DNA of 64,000 bases from Candidatus Woesebacteria bacterium (GTDB lineage Bacteria; Patescibacteriota; Microgenomatia; UBA8517): assembly GCA_013426185.1 (NCBI GenBank), contig CP058602.1:10231-74230 (forward strand). The letters are read 5' to 3'. The position numbers and the translations under genes are program-made. A model generated the notes under the pieces. The model was not told where the DNA came from. It worked only from the letters and a program-made list of their open reading frames with translations, and made no database searches. Numbering within the stretch: the stretch's first letter is position 1; each line of letters opens with the position of its first letter. Shown here one piece after another: positions 20,041 to 29,547 of the stretch.

Positions 20041-20497
20041 ATTCAAGCAAATCTTAGTCGGGCAAGAACCCCGAGTCCTTGCACCTTTTAACTTTTCCTC
20101 TCGCCTTTTACTATTATCGTACTTGATACCTGCTTCGCGACACTTGATACTATTTGTTTCAACCCCAGCCTTGAATTAGATTTTGCCTATTGCGAAAGTG
20201 ACAAGGACGGACCTTGTCCACCACCCTTTAAAGGCCAGGTAAAAGAATTCGGATTTCAGCTATCAGCCGTTGGTTGTTTGAGTTGCTTGTTATCTTAATT
20301 CCTAAATCCTAAATCAAAATTCTGTAATCTAATTTTTGATTTTTAAGTTTTAAGTTAATTTTTTTAGCTATCTAAGATTTACTGAAAAAGATCAGATACA
20401 TATTCGACATTGACACTTCATGAAAGGAGCTGTAGGTACACCTACTACAGGCCATTCTTTGTTTGTTAATATACCTCACTGGAAGGAGGTGGGAGAA

Positions 20498-21071
20498 ATG
20501 ATACAACACCTAAGAAGATTTGATTCTTCAGATATTGCCAAGGAGAGATTAAAGATTATTAGTTATTACCGGAAATAATGGATACCTTGGTTAGGTTTAC
20601 TGATGGTGTTAGATATTATCTTTATTCTGCTATTGATATTCATGGCAAATTTACCCTCTCCCTGCCTTACAAGAGGGCAAATGCCAGAAATACTCTAGAT
20701 TTTTTAAGAAGTTAGAATTAGTAATCCCTTACCAGATTACCTCTGTTCAAACAGATAATGGACCGGGGTTCTTGGGAGATTTTGAGCAATATTTAAAACA
20801 AAAGAAAATCAAACATTTTTTTATATACCCCAGGTGTCCAAGAATAAATGGTGTTATTGAAAGATATCAGAGATCTCTCAAAGAAGAATTCTTAAACCCC
20901 AATCTTCATCTCATCTGTTACCCAAAAGCTTTTAGTGACAGACTGGCTCAATATTTGATATTCTATAATACACAAAGAGTCTACCAGTCTCTAAACTATG
21001 AGACACCAGTGGATTACCTTATCAAGAAAGGAGGAATGTCGAAAATGTATCGAGCGCGTACATTTACTTGA
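20498..21071 (+). pseudogene. Decayed DDE (rve-type, IS481/IS3-like) transposase remnant: frameshifted and N-terminally truncated
   Basis: Three frames give 'MIQHLRRFDSSDIAKERLKIISYYRK*', 'FTDGVRYYLYSAIDIHGKF...' and 'TDNGPGFLGDFEQ...YPRCPRINGVIERYQRSLKEEF...FYNTQRVYQSLNYETP' (rve core). No intact ORF. Confidence 0.6.
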
Positions 21072-21075
21072 TTTT

Positions 21076-21330
21076 TTTCATACAAGTCCTATAATACTTA
21101 TTAAGTTATGGCAAAAGCAGAAAGGAAAGTAGAAGAAAGAATATCAAGAAGAGAATTCTTGAAAAGAGCAGTTATTGTATCTGCGGCTGGATTTCTTTCT
21201 GCTTGTGGAATTACTCCTCCTTATGAAAACAAAGGGGGTAGTCCTGATCTAACTCCAACTCCAGAACCTACCAAGGGGCCTTCTCTTACTCCTACTGAGA
21301 CAACAATTCCTACTCCAACCCAAACTCAAA
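21076..21330. repeat. Inverted-repeat copy B (identical to 19783-20040)
   Basis: Same sequence on the opposite strand, carrying the TTGATT-16nt-TATAAT promoter, the ATG and codons 1-75. Confidence 0.85.
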
Positions 21331-22070
21331 TACCAACCCCAACCGCCGAGCCAACACCTACTCCCACTGAAATTACTCTTGATATATACCACAACTTCTC
21401 AGGTTTTGAAGAAGGGAAGTGGAAGATGCCTGAAGAATCAGAAATTCCTGTTATCTCATATGAGGATATAACAAGCGGCAGACTTCTTGAGAAAGAACTA
21501 AAGCTTTTGTCAACAGGAGAAGTAACTCCTTTTACTGGCAATGAAGTGCCTTTGGAGATAATTTATTTTGAATATTCAAATGGTCAAGCTTTAGTTAACT
21601 TAAAAGGCGAATTTTATAAGATCTATGACGGTTTGGTAGATGAACCCGATAAGGTTCCTTTTCGAGTGACTTCTCTTTCTTTTGTAGATATTGAAGGAAC
21701 TCGACTTCTTGTTTTGGGTGTAGCAATGCATGAATCTGATGGCCGTGTTGCTGTTTTGCACTATGCTTTTGAGAATTACAAGGATCAGTTTGTAATCAAT
21801 ATGGTTCAGATTGCTGTAAATCGCAAAGCTTATGCTTTACCTTGGGGTGTTGTACACAAACCTTATTATGAGGGTTTTGGTTGGTATGATTACAACAAAG
21901 AATCATTCATGCTTGAGATGTATCAAGACGAAGAAGGTAAAAAAGAGAGGGAGAGTTTGCTTCAGGAATGGAACGATACAGGTAAAGCTCCTGAAAAGCT
22001 TCAAAAAATATTGCTTTTGGGCTTTATTGGACCATGGGATCCTTACAGACAGCGTGATATAAAGCCCTAA
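21108..22070 (+). CDS. Tat-lipoprotein paralog: N-terminal 75 aa identical to the 19040-20005 product, C-terminal domain of unknown function
   Basis: Identical 'MAKAERKVEERISRREFLKRAVIVSAAGFLSACGITPPYENKGGSPDLTPTPEP...' then an unrelated 240-aa domain. Confidence 0.6.
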   Translation: MAKAERKVEERISRREFLKRAVIVSAAGFLSACGITPPYENKGGSPDLTPTPEPTKGPSLTPTETTIPTPTQTQIPTPTAEPTPTPTEITLDIYHNFSGFEEGKWKMPEESEIPVISYEDITSGRLLEKELKLLSTGEVTPFTGNEVPLEIIYFEYSNGQALVNLKGEFYKIYDGLVDEPDKVPFRVTSLSFVDIEGTRLLVLGVAMHESDGRVAVLHYAFENYKDQFVINMVQIAVNRKAYALPWGVVHKPYYEGFGWYDYNKESFMLEMYQDEEGKKERESLLQEWNDTGKAPEKLQKILLLGFIGPWDPYRQRDIKP

Positions 22071-22293
22071 GACTTGATATTTGCAGGGTAATATCCTAAG
22101 TTAGTTAATTATAAAATCTATACAGCCCCTTTTCTTTATTGCATTTTTTATTATTAAATTTTGCGATTTGTTTTTTATTGCATCTAATCATAATAAAAAG
22201 ACAACCTGCTTTAGCGCGTGGGTATGGAATAGAATGGTTTAGAGAGCTAGCCTTGCTCTTTAGGTTATTGACTTTTGTTGAACTCCTGACTTC

Positions 22294-22767
22294 CTAGAAG
22301 GCGAGGATGAAGGAAAATATTATTAATGCTATTCCTATGCCTATAGTAATTCCTGTTGGCCAAGATGTTCCAGCTTCAGGTAGAGATGTTTCTATTGTCG
22401 GAGTAGGAGCACCGGCGATTAGCGGAGTTTGGGTGGGTATTGGAGTGCTGGTAATATTTGGTGTCTGAGTAGAAATGGGTGTTTGAGTTATAATTGGTGT
22501 TGGTGTATTAACTGACGTTGGTGTGGGTGTTAACGTATAAACTGGTGTTGGTGTGGGTGTTAACGTATAAACTGGTGTTGGTGTGGGTGTTGATATGTTA
22601 AAGGTTAAGACTTGGCACGAAGAGGTGGCTGCTTTTGGTTTACTTTCTGGCACATTTGGTGTTACAGATTTTTGCCTTAGTTGATAAAGCCTAATTGCTG
22701 TGAATATGGCTATCGCTGATAAAATCAGCAAAATTACTAGTGTTATTATTGTTTTTGTTTTTCTCAT
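22294..22767 (-). CDS. Pro/Thr-repeat surface protein with C-terminal LPEAG motif plus hydrophobic tail (sortase-substrate-like)
   Basis: N-terminal TM; '[10 protein letters not shown]' x2 encoded by a 30-bp DNA tandem repeat (~22520-22600); '[29 protein letters not shown]' at the C-terminus. Confidence 0.5.
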   Translation of the reverse strand: MRKTKTIITLVILLILSAIAIFTAIRLYQLRQKSVTPNVPESKPKAATSSCQVLTFNISTPTPTPVYTLTPTPTPVYTLTPTPTSVNTPTPIITQTPISTQTPNITSTPIPTQTPLIAGAPTPTIETSLPEAGTSWPTGITIGIGIALIIFSFILAF

Positions 22768-22771
22768 TTTT

Positions 22772-23896
22772 TTAAAACCAACCTAAAGTAACATGGTGCA
22801 CCTCTCCTTTTATTGAGAAAGTTGTCGCTCCTGCTGGGATTGTATATTCAGTATAAAACTCAGCTGTTGTACCTGGTTTTTTGCTGGTTACCTCTTGGCC
22901 TAATTGTCCATTTATGGTAAACCTAGCCTTGTCTATCTTATCAGCTGGTGATCCTATTACTGTAAACCTTACTCTATCTCCGGCTTTTAGTTGAGACAGC
23001 TGGTTTTGGGGGATAAGATTCCAGTTTGTATCATAAACCTTTATGCCAGTACACTGCGCATTTTCTTGGCTTGGTGGTTGAGTGGGTGGGGGAGTATTGC
23101 ATGGCTTGTCAGCCTGGACTGAAAGGTATTTAACATTGCCATAGGTATTATTTTGGTTTTTGCAGCCAGCGTCTATTTGGATTGATCCACAGTCTAAGTT
23201 GCCTACAGGGAAAGACTGGCCTGCACTGGCGTTCCAGCTAAGCACAACTCCGTTGTCTTGGCAGCCTTGAGTTAGGTTTATACCGTCACACTTGTATTTT
23301 GATACCCAGACTACACCATCTGGACAAGCCTGGCGACACTTTTGGATATCGTCGTTAGTAATGGTAAGCGCCGTTGTACTTGTTTCTCTTATCGGTGTTG
23401 TTCTGGAACATTGTTGCGGGGGGGAGGTGGGAGTAGGAGTTTTTGGAGGTGTTGTGGCAGTGGGAGTGGAAGTGGGAGCAATACAACCTTGCCCACATTT
23501 GTATCCATCAGCGCAGTTAACTTGGCCGAATTCTTCGGAGCAGGAGTAATTATTGGGGACACATTTTCCATTCAGACGTGATTGACAAACATTTCCAGTA
23601 GCAGCTTTTTCTCTTATGTCTTGGTTTTGATTTACCAGAACTATCCCTGAGGCAATACCTCCAACTAATAACATTATGCCTAATATTGTTGCTATGACCA
23701 ATCTTGTTTTAGACTTTTTCTTCTTCAAGGGTGTATTGCCACTATCACTGCTTTTAGGAAAACCACTAGTGTTTTCTGGGTTTGAAGAAATTGCACTTTG
23801 CGTCTTTTCATTCAAAGGGAAACTAGGGAAATCTGTCAGACTATCAAATGTGGATGGGTTTGTTTTGTTTGGGTTGTTTTGGTTTTGGTCAGGCAT
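22772..23896 (-). CDS. Membrane-anchored Cys-rich extracellular protein of unknown function
   Basis: N-terminal TM after a basic stretch; PT linker; >20 Cys in the ectodomain; no recognisable catalytic motif. Confidence 0.45.
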   Translation of the reverse strand: MPDQNQNNPNKTNPSTFDSLTDFPSFPLNEKTQSAISSNPENTSGFPKSSDSGNTPLKKKKSKTRLVIATILGIMLLVGGIASGIVLVNQNQDIREKAATGNVCQSRLNGKCVPNNYSCSEEFGQVNCADGYKCGQGCIAPTSTPTATTPPKTPTPTSPPQQCSRTTPIRETSTTALTITNDDIQKCRQACPDGVVWVSKYKCDGINLTQGCQDNGVVLSWNASAGQSFPVGNLDCGSIQIDAGCKNQNNTYGNVKYLSVQADKPCNTPPPTQPPSQENAQCTGIKVYDTNWNLIPQNQLSQLKAGDRVRFTVIGSPADKIDKARFTINGQLGQEVTSKKPGTTAEFYTEYTIPAGATTFSIKGEVHHVTLGWF

Positions 23897-24015
23897 AGAT
23901 TACAAAGATTTATTATTAATTTCATATTAAGTTATGTTTTATAAAGAGTCAACTATCATTTAATACAATTAACCTCGGCTGATTTTTTCTTTTTTTTGGG
24001 CTATAATTAGAGCTT

Positions 24016-24915
24016 ATGAAGGCAAGCTGGAGAATATTAATGTTCGCTTCTGTTTTTTTGTTGGCAATGTTGTCTCTGTTTTTTAGTGTTCATGTGACGA
24101 AGGCTTTGGTGAGTCCTACACCTGTTGTTTCGCCAACTTCCACCATTGAGCCAACTGAAACACCGGTTACGAAAGTGGATATTACTCAAAAAACTGAAGA
24201 GTCAGTTGGGCCTTTGGAGAAATTATTGCGCGAACAAAAATTGGGGCCAGTTTGGCCTTACAATTTCTTAAAATATGCGATAAGAAACGCCGTTTCAGCC
24301 GGTGTCCCGGCAAATACCATTGTCCTTCTTTTGCTTTTGACTGCCGTTGCCGCCTTGATTGCCGCTTCTCGTCATCTTATTGGCCTTAAGGGTTTTGGTA
24401 TTTTTATGCCTGCTGCTTTATCTGTTGCCTTTGTTGCCATAGGTCCAATTTTGGGAATAACTATTTTTATTGTAATGATTGTTTTTTCCACTCTTTTCAG
24501 GATGGTTACCCGCCGTCTTAAACTTAAGCTTCAATATCTGCCGCGAATGGCTATGGTTTTGTGGTTTGTGGTCATTGGGGTTTTGGGTATTTTGTTTTTG
24601 GCGCCTGTTATCAAACAGCCTGATTTAAAAAATATTTCGATTTTTCCTGTCTTAATCTTGGTTTTGTTGGCTGAAGATTTTAGCCGTGTTCAAGCAGGGA
24701 AAAGTATCAAGACTGCTATTAATATGACTTTTGAGACATTGATTCTTGCTTTGTTTTCTTTCTTGCTTTTGACTTTTTCGCCTCTTCAAAAGTGGGCGCT
24801 TTTGAACCCTGAGCTATTTTTGCTTTTGGTTTTGGTCTTTAATCTTGTGGTGGGGAAATATGTGGGCTTAAGATTTATGGAGTATTGGCGTTTTAGGAAA
24901 TTAATCAGCCGCTAA
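24016..24915 (+). CDS. 7-transmembrane protein (7TM module of the kind fused to inactive transglutaminases in ATP-grasp peptide-ligase systems) with short PT-rich extracellular N-terminus
   Basis: Signal/TM, PT linker, then 7 predicted TM helices. First gene of a tightly packed + strand operon with three ATP-grasp genes. Confidence 0.55.
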   Translation: MKASWRILMFASVFLLAMLSLFFSVHVTKALVSPTPVVSPTSTIEPTETPVTKVDITQKTEESVGPLEKLLREQKLGPVWPYNFLKYAIRNAVSAGVPANTIVLLLLLTAVAALIAASRHLIGLKGFGIFMPAALSVAFVAIGPILGITIFIVMIVFSTLFRMVTRRLKLKLQYLPRMAMVLWFVVIGVLGILFLAPVIKQPDLKNISIFPVLILVLLAEDFSRVQAGKSIKTAINMTFETLILALFSFLLLTFSPLQKWALLNPELFLLLVLVFNLVVGKYVGLRFMEYWRFRKLISR

Positions 24916-24916
24916 T

Positions 24917-26254
24917 ATGAAAGCTTCAGAGATATTGGGTATTAACGCAAGAAACAAGCTCTTTTCTTATGTTTATAATAGTGCCAAAGGTAAAAACATC
25001 GCCGCTTCAAAGCTGAAGACTAAGAAGTATTTGAAAAAAGCAGGGGTTCCTATTCCTGAAGTTTATGCCAAGTTTAAGAATATTGACGAGATCTGGGATT
25101 TTGATTGGAACAGTCTTCCTTCAAGCTTTGCTTTAAAACCTAACCAAGGCTTGGGAGGCGAGGGGATTATTGTTGTTAAAAGGAAAGCCAAAGACGGCAA
25201 TGGCTGGATAACTACTCAAAAGAAAAGGGTAACAGTTGATGATTTAAAGCTTCATGCAACAGATATTATTGAAGGCGCATACTCTATGGATAATGAGCCT
25301 GATGTTGCTTATGTTGAAGAATATGTCGGCCGCCATAAGGCTTTTAGAAAATATGCCTACCGCGGAACGCCTGATATTAGGGTGATTGTTTTTAACCGTG
25401 TGCCTGTGATGGCCATGCTTCGCCTGCCTACTCGTGAATCAGGTGGAAGGGCTAATTTGCATCAAGGCGCAATTGGGGTTGGAGTTGATGTTGCAACAGG
25501 GATTACAACACGCGCGATTTGGCATGGGGATTTGATTAAATTTAAGCCAGGGACAAAACGCAAGTTGCATGGAATTAAGATTCCTCAGTGGGATAAGATT
25601 TTAGAAACCGCAGTTAAAGCACAGGAAGCTTGTTTTTTGGGTTATGTGGGGGTGGATGTAGTTTTGCATCCTGAACGGGGGCCGGTTGTTCTTGAAATTA
25701 ATTCTCAGCCCGGTCTTTCAATCCAAATGGCAAATGGCGTGGGTTTAAAGAAAAGGCTTGAAAAGGTTGAAGATTTGAAAATCAGGGACGCTTCGCATGG
25801 AATCAAGGTCGCAAAAGCCCTCTTTGCCGAGCGGTTTTCTGACCGTGTTCGGGCTGAGGAAGGCCTTAAGATAGTCAAAGTTTTTGAAGAAATTAAGATA
25901 AAATCAGTTTCAGGTAAAGTGGTTTTAATTCCTGCTAAAATTGATACCGGCGCCTGGCGAAGTTCAATTGATAAATCTTTGGCTGAAAAGCTTGGACTTC
26001 TTGATGAAAAAAATATCCTTTGGCGTAAAAAGGTTAAAAGCGCTTTGGGTGAGGATTATCGTCCCATTATTAATCTTACTTTTTGGCTTGCCGGTCGGAA
26101 GATAACAACACCGGCTTTTGTTTCAAAAAGGTCGTCTTTGAAGTTTCCTGTCATAATTGGCAGAAGGAGTTTGTCTGGTATTTTAGTTGACCCTGTGGTT
26201 GAAGTAGAAGATAAATTAAGGTTGGTTGAAAAGGGAAAGGGAGTCTTGAAATGA
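24917..26254 (+). CDS. ATP-grasp ligase (alpha-L-glutamate-ligase-related, RimK-like) fused to a C-terminal retropepsin-like aspartic protease domain (RimB/PF05618-like)
   Basis: ATP-grasp 'VVLEINSQPG' Mg-site block in the N-terminal ~310 aa. C-terminal 'VLIPAKIDTGAWRSSID' D(T/S)GA retropepsin signature and 'VIIGRRSL' flap-like segment. Confidence 0.7.
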   Translation: MKASEILGINARNKLFSYVYNSAKGKNIAASKLKTKKYLKKAGVPIPEVYAKFKNIDEIWDFDWNSLPSSFALKPNQGLGGEGIIVVKRKAKDGNGWITTQKKRVTVDDLKLHATDIIEGAYSMDNEPDVAYVEEYVGRHKAFRKYAYRGTPDIRVIVFNRVPVMAMLRLPTRESGGRANLHQGAIGVGVDVATGITTRAIWHGDLIKFKPGTKRKLHGIKIPQWDKILETAVKAQEACFLGYVGVDVVLHPERGPVVLEINSQPGLSIQMANGVGLKKRLEKVEDLKIRDASHGIKVAKALFAERFSDRVRAEEGLKIVKVFEEIKIKSVSGKVVLIPAKIDTGAWRSSIDKSLAEKLGLLDEKNILWRKKVKSALGEDYRPIINLTFWLAGRKITTPAFVSKRSSLKFPVIIGRRSLSGILVDPVVEVEDKLRLVEKGKGVLK

Positions 26255-27129
26255 AAATAACAGTTATCACTACAAATTATAATGCTTTTGCTCTTGAGAT
26301 AAAGAGATTAAAAGAAGAAGCGCAAAAAGCAGGTTATGATTTTTCGGTTTTGGACCTTGAGAATTTTTCTTTTGCAATTAAAGACGGAAAATTAGATATT
26401 GATTGGCTCAATGGTGAGATTTCTGATATTTATATCTTGCGAGGCGCGCTTCATTCTCAGAAATTAGTTTCTGAGATTTTGGAATATTTGAGAAAAAGAG
26501 GGGCTCGTGTCTTTGATAATAATTTCTTGAAGCATAAATATTCTATTAATAAAGTTGCCGATCTTGTTAAATTGACTTTGGCTGGAATTTTAGTTCCGAA
26601 CACTTTCTTTGCTCGTAGTTTTGATGATTTTTTGAAATTTGGGGAAGAAATTGGTTATCCGTTTATTTTTAAATCGGGTAGGGCGGGTAAAGGACAGGGA
26701 GTTTACAAAGTAGATTCAAGAGAGGACTTTTTGAAGATGATAGCTGGTTTTAATGATGAGGAAAAGGAGGCGCAATCTTTCTTGCTTCAGGAGTATATTC
26801 CTTATAAATACGACCTCCGCTGCCTTGTCATTGGTGATAGAACCTTTACCATGAGAAGAATCCCCAAAAAAGGCGATTTTCGCGCCAATTTTTCTTTGGG
26901 TGGCAGTGTTGAGCTTTTTGACCTTGATGATAGAGGAAAAGATCTTGCAAAAAGAGCGCTTAAGGCGGTTGGGCTTGAAATAGGCGGGGTGGATATTCTT
27001 ATAGACGAAAATGATAAGCGTTATATAATTGAGGTTAACCATACAGCAGGTTTTGTGGGTATGGAGAAGGCGACAGGAGAAAATATAGCCAAGATTTACC
27101 TTGATTTTGCTATTTCCCGCGCGTCTTAA
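26251..27129 (+). CDS. RimK/LysX-family ATP-grasp ligase (paralog 2)
   Basis: 'YPFIFKSGRAGKGQGVYKV' glycine-rich loop and 'YIIEVNHTAGFVG' ATP-grasp C-terminal motif. 4-nt overlap with the upstream gene. Confidence 0.75.
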   Translation: MKITVITTNYNAFALEIKRLKEEAQKAGYDFSVLDLENFSFAIKDGKLDIDWLNGEISDIYILRGALHSQKLVSEILEYLRKRGARVFDNNFLKHKYSINKVADLVKLTLAGILVPNTFFARSFDDFLKFGEEIGYPFIFKSGRAGKGQGVYKVDSREDFLKMIAGFNDEEKEAQSFLLQEYIPYKYDLRCLVIGDRTFTMRRIPKKGDFRANFSLGGSVELFDLDDRGKDLAKRALKAVGLEIGGVDILIDENDKRYIIEVNHTAGFVGMEKATGENIAKIYLDFAISRAS

Positions 27130-27136
27130 TTTTAAT

Positions 27137-28042
27137 ATGAAGATATTAATCGCAGGGCTTGTTAAAAATATCCAATTAGTTAGGCTTGTTGAAGAAGGAA
27201 AAAAACGAGGGCATATGGTTGAGGGTTGTTATGCTTCAGATTTAGTTATTGACTGCGACAAGGATTCTTTTAATCCTTATCTTGTTGATGGGAGGAAGCT
27301 TGAGGAATACGACCTGATTTATTCGATGATAGGGTCAAAAAGAAGGTGGGAGTGGTACACTGTTTTTAGTTTTCTTAATGAAAAATTCGGTACGACTATA
27401 ATTAACGAAAAAACGATAGCCAAGGATTATAATTACTTTTTATCACCAGCTCTTGATTATTTAAAGCAAACTCAAAACGATTTGCCTTATCCCAAGTCGG
27501 CCATTGTTTTTAATGCGAAGGGAGCTCGTGAGGCTATTAAATCTTTTACTTACCCTCTTGTTGTCAAATCTTCAGCAGGAAGACAGGGAAGGGGCGTTTT
27601 TCTTTGTAAGAATTTTGAGGATGTGCTTTCTGCAATTGAGGAAATACACAAAGTGGGAGTTGAAGCTGTGGTTATAAGAGAGTTTATACCCAATGATGGT
27701 GATTTGAGAATTTTTACTGTTGGCTATCGCGCGCTTGGAGCAATGAAACGTTCTCCAACAAAAGAAGGGGAGTTTAGGAGTAATATTAGTTTGGGCGGCA
27801 GGGGTGAGAAATTTGAGTTAGAAAATTATCCAGAAATAAAATCTATTGCCGAAAAAGCGGCAGAAGTGATGAAGACGGAAATTGCTGGAGTCGATATTAT
27901 AATTCACCAGGAGACTTCTAAGCCTTATATTTTGGAGATTAATCCCTCGCCTCAGTTTGAGGGTTTTGAAAAATATACAGGAATTAACGTAGCGGAGAAA
28001 ATTATTGAATATTTTGAGGAAAGAAGAAATCAAAATAGATAG
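27137..28042 (+). CDS. RimK/LysX-family ATP-grasp ligase (paralog 3)
   Basis: 'YPLVVKSSAGRQGRGVFL' and 'YILEINPSPQFEGFEKYTG' motifs. Start placed at the ATG at 27137 (MKILIAG). Confidence 0.75.
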   Translation: MKILIAGLVKNIQLVRLVEEGKKRGHMVEGCYASDLVIDCDKDSFNPYLVDGRKLEEYDLIYSMIGSKRRWEWYTVFSFLNEKFGTTIINEKTIAKDYNYFLSPALDYLKQTQNDLPYPKSAIVFNAKGAREAIKSFTYPLVVKSSAGRQGRGVFLCKNFEDVLSAIEEIHKVGVEAVVIREFIPNDGDLRIFTVGYRALGAMKRSPTKEGEFRSNISLGGRGEKFELENYPEIKSIAEKAAEVMKTEIAGVDIIIHQETSKPYILEINPSPQFEGFEKYTGINVAEKIIEYFEERRNQNR

Positions 28043-28044
28043 TT

Positions 28045-28254
28045 TCAGCGAATTTTGAAACCAGTTTCTCCTTCTCTTAACCACCTTGTTATTTCAAGAA
28101 TGACTCTTTCTAGTTTGGCTATGTTTTCTTTATTGATTATTCCGATTTCTATCAATTCAGGCAGTTTCTCAAAAGAAATATATCTGTTTGCGCCAATCGC
28201 TAGAAGGCGAGCTGCTGGTATATCTCCACAATTAATACTTGCAAGTTGTCGCAA
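28045..28254 (-). CDS. Small hypothetical ORF (69 aa) convergent on the ATP-grasp operon
   Basis: ORF only, with protein-like composition. A + strand ORF overlaps it, so only one can be real. Confidence 0.2.
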   Translation of the reverse strand: MRQLASINCGDIPAARLLAIGANRYISFEKLPELIEIGIINKENIAKLERVILEITRWLREGETGFKIR

Positions 28255-28287
28255 ATGGTGAATCAGGGTAATGTCGCCATAGATATT

Positions 28288-28318
28288 CTACACCTCTGGG
28301 TGTAATAGCTTGACACCC
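28288..28318. repeat. 30-bp direct repeat (acacctctgggtgtaatagcttgacacc), copy 1, flanking alkD
   Basis: Near-identical copy at 29072-29102. Internal hairpin acacc-tcYg-ggtgt. Confidence 0.7.
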
Positions 28319-28325
28319 CGGTATT

Positions 28326-28976
28326 TTATATTGTTTTGGTAATTGTAATCAAATTCCCGCGTCTTTTTAGTTTTTCTTGTACCGCTTTGCTTTTTAACTC
28401 CTTCAGTGCGTCTTGCGCAATCCATCTTGCGCTCTTAGAATTGATTTTTGAAATTTCTTTCGCCAGTTTTATCGCTTTTTTATTCAAGTTTGTGTTTCTT
28501 TTACCGATTTGTCGAAGCGCCCAATTAACGGCTTTTTTAACGAAATTTCTTTCATCAACAGATTCTCTTTTTATATTTCTAAAGAATTTGATAAATTTTT
28601 TGTCTAATGCTTTTTTATCATGCACCGAAAGACAAGCCATCAAAACAAAACCCGCCCGCTTGATAAATTCCTCTTCTTTCTTGCTCCATTCAACCGCTTT
28701 TTTGTAGGCAATGTGGGTTTTATCAAAGAAGTTGCTACAAACTTGGTCACAGACATCCCATGAATCAAAATCTTTAACCCATTTTTCAATCTGCGGCTCG
28801 GTTGCTTTTTCCGGTTCGGCAATCATTGCTGCCAAAATTCTCGCTTCATGAATTTCAGAATTCCAGAGCACTAAAGCTAGTTCGTGATTTTTACCGATTT
28901 CTTTGGCTATTTTTCTTAAGATAGGCAAAGACGGTCCGCCTAGAATATTTTTTCCCCTTATACCAAACCGTGCCAT
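28326..28976 (-). CDS. DNA alkylation repair protein (AlkC/AlkD HEAT-like repeat family)
   Basis: 'ELALVLWNSEIHEARILAAMI', 'WDVCDQVCSNFF' and 'NFVKKAVNWALRQIGKRN' blocks characteristic of PF08713. Confidence 0.8.
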   Translation of the reverse strand: MARFGIRGKNILGGPSLPILRKIAKEIGKNHELALVLWNSEIHEARILAAMIAEPEKATEPQIEKWVKDFDSWDVCDQVCSNFFDKTHIAYKKAVEWSKKEEEFIKRAGFVLMACLSVHDKKALDKKFIKFFRNIKRESVDERNFVKKAVNWALRQIGKRNTNLNKKAIKLAKEISKINSKSARWIAQDALKELKSKAVQEKLKRRGNLITITKTI

Positions 28977-29071
28977 TCCTTCAATATTTTCCTTGTTTGC
29001 GTAAGATTTTAGTTTTTTGAGGATCTGGTTGTATTGTGATTTTTATCCATTTATAATTGCACACTTGTACA

Positions 29072-29102
29072 CCTCCGGGGTGTAATAGCTTGACACCTTC
29101 GT
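29072..29102. repeat. 30-bp direct repeat, copy 2 (acacctccggggtgtaatagcttgacacc)
   Basis: Pairs with 28288-28318. Confidence 0.7.
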
Positions 29103-29110
29103 ATTCCTAG

Positions 29111-29182
29111 TCGGGGATGTGAGATTTGAACTCACGACCTCACGGTCCCGAACCGTGCGCGCTACCCCTGCGCCAATCCCCG
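29111..29182 (-). tRNA. tRNA-Pro (anticodon CGG)
   Basis: Manual cloverleaf on the minus strand: CGGGGAT acceptor, GCGC D-stem, anticodon loop TTCGGGA, T-arm GTGAG-TTCAAAT-CTCAC. Confidence 0.85.
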
Positions 29183-29547
29183 TTGCCTTTTCCTTAATAA
29201 ATGGGAGGATAGTTAAGACGATTTTATCACAAGTTTGGCTTGGAACAAATCTAGAGCGGTTTGGGTTTGGGATATGCTGGTGTCTTACTTTGTGTTTTCA
29301 GAAGGCAATGGGTGTGGAAGTATCTAATAAATATGTAACACAAATTTAGGTGATTGTTGTTGAATACTCCCGTAAATTCGGTATATTTATCTACTACAAA
29401 TACATCGATGTATCTGTAGTAATATAATTATTGTCCTGGGGTGGAATTTTTGTCAAGTGTTTTTATGCCTGAGAATCAAGTAAGTGAAAATTACGATTGG
29501 AGATAGTATTTCAGAAAATATTAGATATCCTTAAACGCTCTTTCCAA

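Noticed and set aside
29119-29349. 76-aa + strand ORF
   Set aside because: It overlaps tRNA-Pro on the opposite strand. The translation is an Arg/Pro-rich artefact of the tRNA sequence.
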